A program made the position numbers and the translations under genes. DNA of 64,000 nt from Parcubacteria group bacterium (GTDB lineage Bacteria > Patescibacteriota > Minisyncoccia > Phycocordibacterales > CALRBT01), in NCBI GenBank assembly GCA_943354475.1, contig CALRBT010000002.1:16361-80360 (forward strand), written 5' to 3'. The notes beneath the pieces are model-generated. The model saw only the letters and a list, made by a program, of their open reading frames with translations. It was not told where the DNA came from and searched no databases. Shown here piece after piece: positions 25,579 to 35,535 of the stretch (its first letter is position 1; each line of letters begins with the position of its first letter).

Positions 25579-27297
25579 TTATAGCTCCGTCTGTTCCCCA
25601 CCTACAATCTTAACCTTCCAAACTCTACGCCAAAAACGCTCTTGGAACACCTTGGTCATCTCCTTAAATTCAGCGTTTTTCAGTATTTGGAGAATAGACA
25701 TTCCTACTAATATCCCAACAATACCAGAGACTACTCCTTGTGTTAGAACTCCAGTAAATGAATTAAGGTCAAGATTTGGTGCAAGTAAGTTGAGTGTTAT
25801 ATACGCACCACCACCCATCAAAACCGAAGCTGCAAAACTATGGAAAAGAGTTCCCAGAGCTTCTTTACCCATACCTGGAAAGTCACGCTCAAAGAAAATC
25901 CAAAAAAGAATCACGTTAACCATTGAACCGATTGAAAACGCCAGTGGAAGCATTAATATTTCTGTTCCAGGAATCCCGTCAACTTTAAAGAGACGTTCGA
26001 TGAAAAAACGGAAGAACTGAGAGTATTCAAATAGACTTACCAGAATTACTGAAGAGATGAGTGTAATCATTGCTGAAAAACAGTTAATTAAAAGGGGCTT
26101 GCGCGTATTTCCTGCCGCATAGTAGCTACGGATAAAGAGCATTACCAAGCTTTGTGCTAATAGAGAGAGGGCAAAGATAGCCAAGGCGGCAGCTGTTAGC
26201 TTTGTGTTATCCCAACTAAATTTTCCCGATCCGAGAATAACCCTAATAATCTGCGCTCTTAGAACAATAAAAAGGACGAGTGCTGGCGTTGTCCAGAAAA
26301 TGATGTGCCTAAGCGCTACGGTAAAGTGCTCAATAAATTTTTTAGTATCCCCTTCAGTGTAAAACCTTGAAAGAAGTGGAAATGCCGCCACAGAGTAACT
26401 GACCGCAATAATGGAAAGTGGTACTGATTCGAGATTATAGGAAAAACTAAATATAGCAATTGATCCTTCAGTCATCCGAGACGCTTGCATGGTCAATATC
26501 ATGAGGCTAATCAGTTGTATTGAGAGTGTTATGGTTCTTGGTAGCGATACAGTAAAGACTTCACCTACCTCCTTCCATTGTAGGCGAAGTGACAGGGATG
26601 GCTTGTATCCTTCACCAAGCACAAACGGAATCTGCATCACCAAATGCAAAAATGCACCGAGTGCAACTCCCCAAGCCAAACCAGTAATCCCAAGAAATGG
26701 GTAGAGAACCAGAATACCGATAATAATGCCGATATTATAGAGAATTGGTGAGAGTGCGTAGATATAAAATCGATTATGTACTTGCACCACACTACTAAAG
26801 AGATTTGAAATACTAAGAAAGATTGGTGAGAGTAGGAGTATCCGTCCAAGGAGCACTGTTTGGTTCACTGCCTCGGCTGAAAAACCAGGAAATAAAAAAG
26901 GGATGATAATTGGAAAGAAAAAGAAGGCCAGAGCGGAGACAATCGAAATTAATATAGTAAAAGCCGAAAACAAATTGTTAACAAATTTCTTGCCTGCCAT
27001 ACTCATTACTGATGAAAGCCCTGATCCGTCAGCATTTTTATCTAAACGACTAATCAGCATCGGAATAATAATTCCTACTGAAACGAGAGAGCCGAGCGAA
27101 ACGAAAATAAAATCCGGTACCCGAAACGCCGCGTAGTACACATCAAGTGTCTGACTTGCCCCAAAAGTCCCTGCAAGTAATCGATCCCTCAGTAATCCCA
27201 AAATTTGTGAAAGAACTGCAGAAATACCAAGGATATAGGCAGCTTTGTGTAAACCACTTATTTCAAGATTGAGGAATTTTAATATTTTTGCAACCAT
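25579..27297 (-). CDS. murJ: lipid II flippase MurJ (MviN family)
   Basis: 14-TM layout, N-terminal ILGISAVLSQILGLLRDRLLAGTFGAS...DVYYAAFRVPDFIF MurJ signature. Confidence 0.85.
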   Translation of the reverse strand: MVAKILKFLNLEISGLHKAAYILGISAVLSQILGLLRDRLLAGTFGASQTLDVYYAAFRVPDFIFVSLGSLVSVGIIIPMLISRLDKNADGSGLSSVMSMAGKKFVNNLFSAFTILISIVSALAFFFFPIIIPFLFPGFSAEAVNQTVLLGRILLLSPIFLSISNLFSSVVQVHNRFYIYALSPILYNIGIIIGILVLYPFLGITGLAWGVALGAFLHLVMQIPFVLGEGYKPSLSLRLQWKEVGEVFTVSLPRTITLSIQLISLMILTMQASRMTEGSIAIFSFSYNLESVPLSIIAVSYSVAAFPLLSRFYTEGDTKKFIEHFTVALRHIIFWTTPALVLFIVLRAQIIRVILGSGKFSWDNTKLTAAALAIFALSLLAQSLVMLFIRSYYAAGNTRKPLLINCFSAMITLISSVILVSLFEYSQFFRFFIERLFKVDGIPGTEILMLPLAFSIGSMVNVILFWIFFERDFPGMGKEALGTLFHSFAASVLMGGGAYITLNLLAPNLDLNSFTGVLTQGVVSGIVGILVGMSILQILKNAEFKEMTKVFQERFWRRVWKVKIVGGEQTEL

Positions 27298-27339
27298 ACA
27301 CCACGTAATTAGATAGTATTACTATAACGGTAACTAAAG

Positions 27340-27390
27340 AAAAAAAGAAGCAAAACGGGCCAAAGGCCCGTTTTGCTTCTTTTTTATCTC
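27340..27390. terminator. bidirectional terminator hairpin GAAGCAAAACGGGCC-AAA-GGCCCGTTTTGCTTC with T-tracts on both strands
   Basis: read directly from the sequence, downstream of the 27394-29931 gene. Confidence 0.65.
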
Positions 27391-27393
27391 CTC

Positions 27394-29931
27394 TTACTGA
27401 TTTGTGGAACTTGATTCCTTAATAGGGGGAGTTTTTCTTTTCTCGGGAGTATTATCGAGCGGAGGTTTTACATTACTAAACGGCGTCCTGCCTGCTCGTA
27501 GATTAGTGAGGATTTGCTGCACCTCCTGATTATCCTGATTCGTCTTCTGAATCTCAACAAACTGTGCAATTGCCTGGTCTCGCATATCAAGGTTTGCATA
27601 ATCAAGCCCTAAGAAGTAGCGAGCATTTGCGTACTGAGGATTGAGTGTTACAGCTCGTTCAAGTGCGATTCCAGAATTTCTCCAGTCTTTATTGTTGTAG
27701 AGTAAGAATCCAAGTTGGAACATGACCGTTGGATCATTTGGATTAAGGACAGCGAGCTGTGCAACTGAATCGATTGCCCCCTTGAGATCATTACTCTGGA
27801 TTTGTAACTGCGTCTTAAGAATGATGGCTTCTGTATAGTTTGGTTTCTCCACAAGAGCCTTGTCTATATAAGCATATGCAGCCTTGAGATCCTTGTGAGC
27901 AACTTCAACTCGTGCGAGAGAGAGGTAAACCCCTGGATTATGTGGATTAAGTGCAATTACTTTCTGGTATTCAGAAACAGCTGTCTCGTACGCTTGTCCC
28001 ACTCCAATTGGTATGAGCGCCTCAGCCACACGTCCGAGGAGATCGTGGTTCTGATAGTTGTTTGGATTAAATTGGATTGCAAACTGAGCGTTACTAATCA
28101 TCGAATCACGGATCACTCCAAACTGTCCAACAAGGGCATCGGTTCGTTCCTTAGGAAGATTTGGTTGTGAAAGTTGATTAGCGAGAATATTCAACTTTGC
28201 TAGATTGAATTGAGCAATGGTGCCGTAATACGCATCGTTAGTCCAAAAAGCGTTTGCTCGCTTAACCAAATCCTCAGCATTAGTTAGACCAATCATCGCA
28301 GCTTCTTGATCAGGATATTGTCGGTTAGCAACAGCCTGTCCTTTTTGATAATAAACTGAAGAGACAAAACGTTGCAATATTAGATATGCACAAGCGATTG
28401 AAAGAATAATGAGGAGGACCATAACGAGCACCGACACAAAACCAAGCCGTGGATCTTTTAGGAAACCAACTCGCTGATCTTCAATTACATGAGTTTGTGC
28501 AAGTACCGCAATAAAGAGACCGGTAAATATGAACGCGAGAGAAACGATGGGAACCGTTGGCACATAGAAAATCATCATGACCCAAAGGTATAAGGTTCCC
28601 AAGAAAGACGAGAGTGTTAGGTAGCGAATGAAAGGATCTGTGGATGGTCTGAAGATGAGTTTGACCCCTTTGTATGCAATGAGTCCAAGGAAGGCAATCC
28701 ACGCTAGAAAGCCCAGAAGTCCTACGGTGACCAACTGTGAAGGAATAGTACCAATACCATTCGCAAAGTCTGTATTCCAGAAAATAGCATTATTTACCCC
28801 AGTTGGTTTAAATCGAAGCCATGATTCAACAAACTGATTTGGTCCAACTCCGAAGAAAAGTTCTCGCTTTGATGCAGAGAGTGTCCCCTTTGCAATCTCT
28901 GCAGTACCTGACCATGACGGACGAACCTCGACATACTGGACATTAAAGGTGCGGGAAATGAAATCACTAACTGGTTGTGTGGTACGACTAGGAAATCCTG
29001 AAATAACAAAGAAAAGTGAGACGACGAGCAAAACAAGAGGAAGAAGTGAAATTTTCTTTGATTTAATCAATCCTCGCAACTCCTCGTTGTACGCCTTAAC
29101 ACTTTTACCACGTTCAAGGCTTAACCCATCTCTATTAAAGAGTACTGTGTAGACGAAGAAAGAGAAAGAGAAAATCGCGAAGAATACCCAGAGGACATAG
29201 AAGTTAATAACAATAAGGAAGAAGAGTGAAACGAAAAAGACAACGTGAAGCGAGATTAGGAAGAGTCGCTTTAGTGTCAAAAACTGTAGCGTCACAACCG
29301 ACAAGATTGCCCCGAGACCGAAGAAGATAGCAAGGTCATACCATTTACCAACAATACTTGAAGCTGATGTTGGAATGAGGGAACCAAAAGAGAGAAAACT
29401 TGGTCCAAACATAAGACGAAGACCTTGGTAGACTGCAATTACAAGGAATGAAGCGAAGATTGCAAGATACAGATAGAAGACGCGCTCCTTGTTTCTCAAA
29501 AAGACTGAGGAAAGAAACATCAACAGAAACATCAACGCGAGTGAGACAGCTGTACCAAATTCAAATCCGAGACCTAGGAGTCCTGCAGACCAGTTTTTTG
29601 AGAAAAATGCTGATGCCAAATAAACAACTGGCAGGGCGAGTCCTGCAAGGAGAATCGGACTTTTAGGAATCGAAAATTTTCCATCTCGAAAACGTTCAAA
29701 AACCCACAAAGAGAATAGAACAATGACGCCGAGGATTACGAGGAGATTTTTTCCAAACTGGAAGAGAACGCTCTGTGATGGAACAAAGAAAACTGGAATC
29801 AAGAAAACTAGCCCAATAAAGATTCCGTACGACATCTTTTCAAGAAAGCTATTTCCTTGCTCTGCCTTACCTTCAAACTGACTATCCTGCTCTTTTGGTG
29901 GGATGTTTTCTTCGGTGTGTATAAGCTCCAT
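27394..29931 (-). CDS. large polytopic membrane protein with C-terminal TPR repeats (O-antigen-ligase/Wzy-like N-terminal region plus TPR)
   Basis: about 14 predicted TM helices, then about 6 TPR-like repeats (AYETAVSEYQKVIALNPHNP..., ALERAVTLNPQYANARYFLG...). Confidence 0.6.
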   Translation of the reverse strand: MELIHTEENIPPKEQDSQFEGKAEQGNSFLEKMSYGIFIGLVFLIPVFFVPSQSVLFQFGKNLLVILGVIVLFSLWVFERFRDGKFSIPKSPILLAGLALPVVYLASAFFSKNWSAGLLGLGFEFGTAVSLALMFLLMFLSSVFLRNKERVFYLYLAIFASFLVIAVYQGLRLMFGPSFLSFGSLIPTSASSIVGKWYDLAIFFGLGAILSVVTLQFLTLKRLFLISLHVVFFVSLFFLIVINFYVLWVFFAIFSFSFFVYTVLFNRDGLSLERGKSVKAYNEELRGLIKSKKISLLPLVLLVVSLFFVISGFPSRTTQPVSDFISRTFNVQYVEVRPSWSGTAEIAKGTLSASKRELFFGVGPNQFVESWLRFKPTGVNNAIFWNTDFANGIGTIPSQLVTVGLLGFLAWIAFLGLIAYKGVKLIFRPSTDPFIRYLTLSSFLGTLYLWVMMIFYVPTVPIVSLAFIFTGLFIAVLAQTHVIEDQRVGFLKDPRLGFVSVLVMVLLIILSIACAYLILQRFVSSVYYQKGQAVANRQYPDQEAAMIGLTNAEDLVKRANAFWTNDAYYGTIAQFNLAKLNILANQLSQPNLPKERTDALVGQFGVIRDSMISNAQFAIQFNPNNYQNHDLLGRVAEALIPIGVGQAYETAVSEYQKVIALNPHNPGVYLSLARVEVAHKDLKAAYAYIDKALVEKPNYTEAIILKTQLQIQSNDLKGAIDSVAQLAVLNPNDPTVMFQLGFLLYNNKDWRNSGIALERAVTLNPQYANARYFLGLDYANLDMRDQAIAQFVEIQKTNQDNQEVQQILTNLRAGRTPFSNVKPPLDNTPEKRKTPPIKESSSTNQ

Positions 29932-30048
29932 AATAAACGAAGAATTAATCTATAAAATGTACAGTTAAGTATATAAGATAAGTAGAACGCAATCAAATAA
30001 AATGTGTGTAAGTCTAAGGTTTTAGGGAGGTTTGGACTACAAAAACTA

Positions 30049-30077
30049 TTGAATTTTTTAATTATATATGGTATAAT
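30049..30077 (+). promoter_or_regulatory. sigma70-type promoter for rnpB: -35 TTGAAT (30049-30054), 17-nt spacer, -10 TATAAT (30072-30077)
   Basis: consensus hexamers with optimal spacing about 6 nt upstream of the predicted RNase P RNA 5' end. Confidence 0.65.
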
Positions 30078-30082
30078 ATTAA

Positions 30083-30437
30083 GTGGTAATCAGATAGTCG
30101 CTGGTATAGCAATATACTAGAGGAAAGTCCGAACATTCCCCTTTCCTGCTTGCAGGGAAGGGAGCAAGGTAGCAGGTAATCCCTGTCTGGAGTAATCCAC
30201 GAGGTGCGAGCAGAGACGCTCGAAGTGAAAACCTAGAGCATCCCTCCCTGCAAGCAGGGAGGGATGAGTCCCCATCGCAAGATGGGGGTTGAAACGGCAA
30301 AACCCTTACCCGAATGCAAGGCCGTGCCAGCGTAAGCTGGAGTGCCGCTTGACTCTGCGAGTGATTGCAGGGCTAGATAAATGACTATCGTTACGATGTA
30401 AGTCGTGACACAGAATTCGGCTTATCGATTACCAACC
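30083..30437 (+). ncRNA. rnpB: RNase P RNA (bacterial type A)
   Basis: GAGGAAAGTCCGAAC (P4 5' strand) and ACAGAATTCGGCTTATCG (P4 3' strand, cf. E. coli ACAGAACCCGGCUUAUCG); P1 pairing GTGGTAATC / GATTACCA. Confidence 0.85.
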
Positions 30438-30475
30438 AATGGAAAAACCACCGCAAGGTGGTTTTTCCATTGGCA
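30434..30475 (+). terminator. rho-independent terminator of rnpB (CCAATGGAAAAACCACC-GCAA-GGTGGTTTTTCCATTGG)
   Basis: 17-bp stem with U-rich 3' arm. Confidence 0.65.
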
Positions 30476-30533
30476 TAAATCGTTTAGGGCCCGAACGCAC
30501 GCGTTCGGGCCCACCAATTCACTTATGCTCAAG

Positions 30534-31130
30534 TTAATCCACGGGAACGAGAAACCCTCCCCGATAGCTGTGACCACCAACATTTCTCCTGGCCCCACAA
30601 TCTTCAACCCATTCATTACCTGAAAACCCTCCGAAGGTACCGCTAGGAGAATAATCATTACAATAAACTAACTCAAGACCACCTTCCGTCATACGAAACT
30701 CACGAGAGCCTCTACCTCCAAAGAAAAATTTTCTTGAATAAGCATTGGAGAGTGCACTCCTGACAATGGGGAGTACCGATGGTGAATACTTTTCCCCCTG
30801 ATAACTCATCACCCACAAAGGAAGTGTTTCCGTGTAGTGAGTCGCGAAGTATTGCAGTGAGATAATTGTACGTCCACCCTTCTCACCCCACTCGTCTGTA
30901 AAATACAGACCGTGCAAAGGATCAATATATTCTTCTTGATAGGTAACAACTTTCCAATCCTTAATAAGAGGGTGTGGTTTTATGTCAGGTGAATCTGATG
31001 GCCAACCCACTTTATTTTGTGCTCCAAAGAAGAAGTTCTCAACATCCTTCCCTAAACTAGGGAAGCGTCCTAGGTCAAAGGTTTCCGCTGCCATGACGCC
31101 CTCCTTGTATCCGGTTAAAGTTTGGTCCAA
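30534..31130 (-). CDS. hypothetical protein (198 aa)
   Basis: intact ORF with preceding GC hairpin (30486-30511) as terminator; no recognisable motif. Confidence 0.5.
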   Translation of the reverse strand: MDQTLTGYKEGVMAAETFDLGRFPSLGKDVENFFFGAQNKVGWPSDSPDIKPHPLIKDWKVVTYQEEYIDPLHGLYFTDEWGEKGGRTIISLQYFATHYTETLPLWVMSYQGEKYSPSVLPIVRSALSNAYSRKFFFGGRGSREFRMTEGGLELVYCNDYSPSGTFGGFSGNEWVEDCGARRNVGGHSYRGGFLVPVD

Positions 31131-31184
31131 GGAGAAATTTACAGTATTTATGCATCGAAAACAAGCACTCCCTTGGTTCTAAGG

Positions 31185-31300
31185 AACGCGCAAAACTGCG
31201 TGAAGTTCTAGAAACAAGGAGGCTGATTTCTGTAGACGTACTGAACGTACGGCGGAAGAAAGCGGCGACGCAGTGACAACGAAATTCGCCAAATATGTAA
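31185..31300. repeat. intergenic repeat family 1, copy D (variant central region with internal palindrome ACTGCGT..ACGCAGT)
   Basis: GAAGTTCTAG ... GACAACGAAATTCGCCAAATATG. Confidence 0.65.
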
Positions 31301-31305
31301 GCTCG

Positions 31306-33618
31306 TTAAACGATTTCGCAGACACCTGCAACACAAGCCAACTCCTTCTTGAGATCAGTCTCATTCTGCTTCTCGTACGTTACAATCTTTGAGAAATCAA
31401 TGTGAGTAAGTTGTGCCGCCAATTCTTTGTATCGCTTCTCATCAATAGCTTCGTATGGAGCGAGTTGGTAAACATGATTCTCTCTTGGCAAAAATGAAAG
31501 TCCCCCGATAATATCCCAATTCTCATAAACCCAATTGGCTACCGCAATCCACTCATCATCTCCGACAGAAATAGTGATCGATGGGTTATGCTCAGTAAAG
31601 TTTAGTTTAACCACCTTCCAGTATTCGAGTTGTTCAATTGCACTGAGGTCATTCTTAAAGACTGAGTTATCAGGAGCTTTAATCGGGAATTCTAGAACAT
31701 ACGTTGTTGCAGCCTCCTTTGATTGCCCTACTTCTGGATGATATGGAACCCCTTGATCTCGAAGCATTTTAAAGAGTGCATCCGTTGCTGAGATTCGAAC
31801 ACGTCTAATATAAAATGGAGCATGTCTTGGGTGCATTCCTGATGCACAATCTACTGTTTGAGAGACAGTTCCTGATGGCTTCACACAGGTGACGCAAGTA
31901 GAGACGTTAATTCCAAATCGTTTTGCATACACCGCGTTTACTTTGAGTGCCTCAGCTTTGAGTTTTGCTAGAACCTTTGGATCACGAACAGCAGGACAGT
32001 CCCATTGTCCGGTAATTGAACAACCAAGGAGTCTCTCCTCTTCACAGTTCTCCTTCCAGGCTTTTGAAAGATATGGGAAATTGGTCAGTGATGACTGATA
32101 GGTTCCGAGAATTGTTGCAATCCGCATTTTCTTCAAAAGAGTTGCTTCTGTGTCTTCTTTGCGGGCAACCACCTCTGAGAGATTACAGAATTGCTTGGAC
32201 TGCAAGATAATCTCACCACAAGGATTTGTACCAATAAGTCCGGTGATCGCTCCACCTGTGCTATCAAAGTACCCCTTGAGCACTTTGAGGCGTCGTTCAG
32301 GTAATGTCTTTGCAAGAGAACCACGGTTGAAAATACCACGCTCTCCACTCTTGCTCTTCACAAGCGCCATCCACTCATCCAAGAATTCTTCGTTGGTAGG
32401 CTTTTGGAGGTACACCGCTGAGTTATTTGCAAGACTTCGCTGAGGTTCGTTAACGTAGAACTGCCCTTTCTTTGAATCTCTAATCTCTGCATCATCAAGG
32501 TCAGAAAGTGAAATCATTGCACTACGCCTCACACCACCAGAGACGACACAATCACCTACCATACAAATAATATCGTGCACGTCGAGATTGGTGAGACGCT
32601 TTCCTTGCCTTTTCAATATTTTCTCTCGGGTAAACGCAAGGAGTCTTCGGAGCGGATCAGGCCCTGAGCTTTTTCCACCCATCGTTTTGAGACGTGCTCC
32701 TGCTGGACGAAGTCCTGAGAAGTCAAATTCCATATCTCTCCCCTCACTCCACTCTTTAGTGCCGAGAATAAATGCTTCGCACCATCCTTCTTTACTATCC
32801 CCAACAACATGAGTAGATATCTTTTTACCAGTCTGTGGAATAATTTGAGGGAATCTTTGAACATTCTGACTCTCAACTGACCATCCTACCCCTGTTCCAC
32901 ACATAGAAATGTACATAACCTCCGCAATATCTCTAAAACTCTCCGGGGCAAGGTAGGAACAGTTGTAAGCACAGACATTAGTTGCCCTCGCGGCCGCACC
33001 AGAGAACTGCATCAAACGCATAGAAGGAAGTGCTTCTTGTTTCAAAATAGCTTCTCTTACTTCATTGTATTCAGACTCTTTGAGTTTTGATCCCAAATTT
33101 TCCTTCATGAAATCAACGTAACGATCGACTGTCTCAATCCAAGTCTCTCGCCTTCCCTCTGCTTCAATCCATTTTGAGTAACTTCGATAATAGACAAACT
33201 CGCCAAGTGGATTTCTGAAATATTTTTTACTCTCAGAAGCGAGCTTTCGTACTTTCTCTGGCACTACCACACCCTTACTTCGGAGCTCAGAGCGCTTCTG
33301 TCTATAGAGGATATATGCTTTGGCTGTTTTTACATGTTCACTCAAAATAAGCTCCTTCTCAATAGTATCCTGCAGACCCTCAACTGTTGGAACAAAGTTG
33401 GTATACTTTTTAGAAATCCTTAGAACATCTGCGTAAACTGAATTGGCGACCAATGCAGCCTCCTCGACAGACCCTTCACTTGCAGCCAGCATAGCCTTAT
33501 GGACTGCAGTAACGATTTTAGAGAGATCAAATGACACCACAGACCCGTCACGTTTCTGTATATTCTTTACATAAGCACTTGGAGCTTTTGACATCACGGG
33601 TTTGGTTATGGTTGCCAT
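31306..33618 (-). CDS. nrdJ: ribonucleotide reductase, class II (adenosylcobalamin-dependent, NrdJ-like) with N-terminal ATP-cone
   Basis: ATP-cone (VKNIQKRDGSVVSFDLSKIVTAVHKAM), catalytic NPCGEI..C..NLSEV region, 770 aa monomeric size. Confidence 0.75.
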   Translation of the reverse strand: MATITKPVMSKAPSAYVKNIQKRDGSVVSFDLSKIVTAVHKAMLAASEGSVEEAALVANSVYADVLRISKKYTNFVPTVEGLQDTIEKELILSEHVKTAKAYILYRQKRSELRSKGVVVPEKVRKLASESKKYFRNPLGEFVYYRSYSKWIEAEGRRETWIETVDRYVDFMKENLGSKLKESEYNEVREAILKQEALPSMRLMQFSGAAARATNVCAYNCSYLAPESFRDIAEVMYISMCGTGVGWSVESQNVQRFPQIIPQTGKKISTHVVGDSKEGWCEAFILGTKEWSEGRDMEFDFSGLRPAGARLKTMGGKSSGPDPLRRLLAFTREKILKRQGKRLTNLDVHDIICMVGDCVVSGGVRRSAMISLSDLDDAEIRDSKKGQFYVNEPQRSLANNSAVYLQKPTNEEFLDEWMALVKSKSGERGIFNRGSLAKTLPERRLKVLKGYFDSTGGAITGLIGTNPCGEIILQSKQFCNLSEVVARKEDTEATLLKKMRIATILGTYQSSLTNFPYLSKAWKENCEEERLLGCSITGQWDCPAVRDPKVLAKLKAEALKVNAVYAKRFGINVSTCVTCVKPSGTVSQTVDCASGMHPRHAPFYIRRVRISATDALFKMLRDQGVPYHPEVGQSKEAATTYVLEFPIKAPDNSVFKNDLSAIEQLEYWKVVKLNFTEHNPSITISVGDDEWIAVANWVYENWDIIGGLSFLPRENHVYQLAPYEAIDEKRYKELAAQLTHIDFSKIVTYEKQNETDLKKELACVAGVCEIV

Positions 33619-33870
33619 ACAATATATCTATTATTAATTAAAATGACGTTTTATTTGAACTTTAAACTAAAATAGGGACACAAGAGACCCAAGGTGGTAC
33701 TAGATACACCTACATTGATATTCTACTGCAATGGGAAACATGCAGGGAGTGGATAAGTACAAAAAGTACTGCCACAGAACAAAAGAAAGTTGGTGTAAAG
33801 ACAACTTTTTTGATACTTCAAAAATGTCTCACAAATAAAAGATATTTTGGTTATCTTTTTTTAAAAAAAA

Positions 33871-34362
33871 TTAAAACTCTAAAAATTCGCCAAGTTTGAT
33901 CTTATGTGCATCTATAAAACCAGCCGGTAATTCGAGTACATATTTTGCTTTTTGTTTTGGATAAGAGATTTTTGGGTAGGTTGAGGTTGCCCAGTTTGAA
34001 ATAGAGTCAATGATTTGTTTGTTTTCATCAATCCAGAGGATATCAATCGGAAACTTCATGTCTTTCATCCAGAAACCGTGATTAGCAGTCTCATCAAAAA
34101 CAAATAACATGCCACCTCCTTCTACCAATTCTCTCCGACCAGAAAGACCCAGCTCTCTCTTGGTCTGTGTATCGGCAATATCAGCAATTATTTCCGCATT
34201 CTGGAATTTGATAGCAACTTTTTGATAAATAAGAGTAGAATCTACTGTTTTCTTTTCTGTATTTGGGGTGAGGCCTGCCATAACAATGATAAGTAAGAAA
34301 CAAGCAAAGATTATCGATATGGAGAGACACCAAAAAACAGCTTTTCTAAATAAAGTGCTCAT
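33871..34362 (-). CDS. DUF192 family secreted protein
   Basis: signal/TM anchor; GGMLFVFDETANHGFWMKDMKFPIDILWID matches DUF192 core. Confidence 0.7.
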   Translation of the reverse strand: MSTLFRKAVFWCLSISIIFACFLLIIVMAGLTPNTEKKTVDSTLIYQKVAIKFQNAEIIADIADTQTKRELGLSGRRELVEGGGMLFVFDETANHGFWMKDMKFPIDILWIDENKQIIDSISNWATSTYPKISYPKQKAKYVLELPAGFIDAHKIKLGEFLEF

Positions 34363-34453
34363 TCTATTTATTTACTTATCAACACCCTCCTGCACAATCC
34401 ATCAAAATATCCGCGAAAATCTTAAAGAAGCTAGGGAGTTTAGATAGAAAGGA

Positions 34454-35119
34454 TTAACATCCTTTCTGTGTAGCATATACACCACCAGAAGTCATATAAA
34501 TTGATTTAGTAGTGCCTCCAGCAGTGCTAGGGTCGGGGTCAGTACAATTTCCACTCGCCGTTATTGGCAATCCACAACGTGTTGCTTGCCCTGATGCATT
34601 GAGATTTTGATTGATCAAGCTTGTGGCAAAATTTTTCATATTTTCAGGATTTAAGTACGACATAAGACAGTAGTCCTTTCCGTCAGATCGATACAAGTAG
34701 CCACCAGAACCACTTATTGATTTTGGATCTCTTGGGATAGTAGGTAAATATTTCTTTGTAATAAGCGCGCTACTATTGAGATTCGTTGCTGTCGTATTCA
34801 CTGGATCTACTGCAATAACATTATCAGTAAGGTATGCTGCGGTAGTGCAGTCGAAACACACGAAGCTAAGAGCCCCACTACTGTTTACTGCTCTTGGATA
34901 CTGTCCAGCATCATTTCGATATTGATCTAGAGCGGTTCGTATCTCTCGAAGAGTTGTAACTCTAGCAAGGTCTCGAGACCTTACCCTTGCTGAATTAAGT
35001 GGTGCTAGAACGATAGCTGATAGCAAACTAATGATTGCAATGACCATGAGGAGTTCTATCAGAGTAAACCCTCTTTTATCCCCTGAGTTAGGCTGTTGTG
35101 ATTTTAAAAATACTTTCAT
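34454..35119 (-). CDS. prepilin-type N-terminal cleavage/methylation domain protein (type IV pilin/pseudopilin-like)
   Basis: KRGFTLIELLMVIAIISLLSAIVLAPL class III signal peptide. Confidence 0.75.
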   Translation of the reverse strand: MKVFLKSQQPNSGDKRGFTLIELLMVIAIISLLSAIVLAPLNSARVRSRDLARVTTLREIRTALDQYRNDAGQYPRAVNSSGALSFVCFDCTTAAYLTDNVIAVDPVNTTATNLNSSALITKKYLPTIPRDPKSISGSGGYLYRSDGKDYCLMSYLNPENMKNFATSLINQNLNASGQATRCGLPITASGNCTDPDPSTAGGTTKSIYMTSGGVYATQKGC

Positions 35120-35141
35120 GGTACACTATTTATTTTAAATA

Positions 35142-35423
35142 TTAAGTTGTTATTAGAGAACTAATCGCTATTGGAAAATCAACTTCCTCGTTTTGAAAAA
35201 TATTACCAATTCCCGAGTTAATCCAGAAAACAACCCCTGCTAAAATAAATATTACTACAGTGGCGATAAGAATAACCGTTTTCGCTTGCTCTTCGTTACT
35301 AACGATACGGTGCCTCAAAAGCCACCCTATCATTCCCCCCCCACTAATAGTTTGCGCCTCCGTAATCGCAATCGAAGCATTTCGCTGTCGGTCATCGTCA
35401 AAAGATACTCCTTGAAATGGCAT
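35142..35423 (-). CDS. hypothetical small membrane protein
   Basis: 93-aa ORF with C-terminal TM helix. Confidence 0.35.
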   Translation of the reverse strand: MPFQGVSFDDDRQRNASIAITEAQTISGGGMIGWLLRHRIVSNEEQAKTVILIATVVIFILAGVVFWINSGIGNIFQNEEVDFPIAISSLITT

Positions 35424-35535
35424 AGTGTTCTTAGTATAGCCTGGCTGGATATTTTTAGAAAGTCTCTCTGTTAATAACTAAATGACGCAATCGGTGTGGA
35501 AAACGGCTTCTTTAAAATTTAGTATACTGTGATAA

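Noticed and set aside
24426-33618. Antisense and alternative-frame ORFs inside lepA, murJ, the TPR membrane gene and nrdJ (24426-24833, 25652-26020, 27895-28170, 31535-31741 and others)
   Set aside because: They sit inside long, confidently assigned genes on the opposite strand or frame.
33619-33870. Cobalamin riboswitch or NrdR box upstream of nrdJ
   Set aside because: Only a partial GCCACAG on the wrong strand and a weak ACAATATAT half-site; neither motif is complete.
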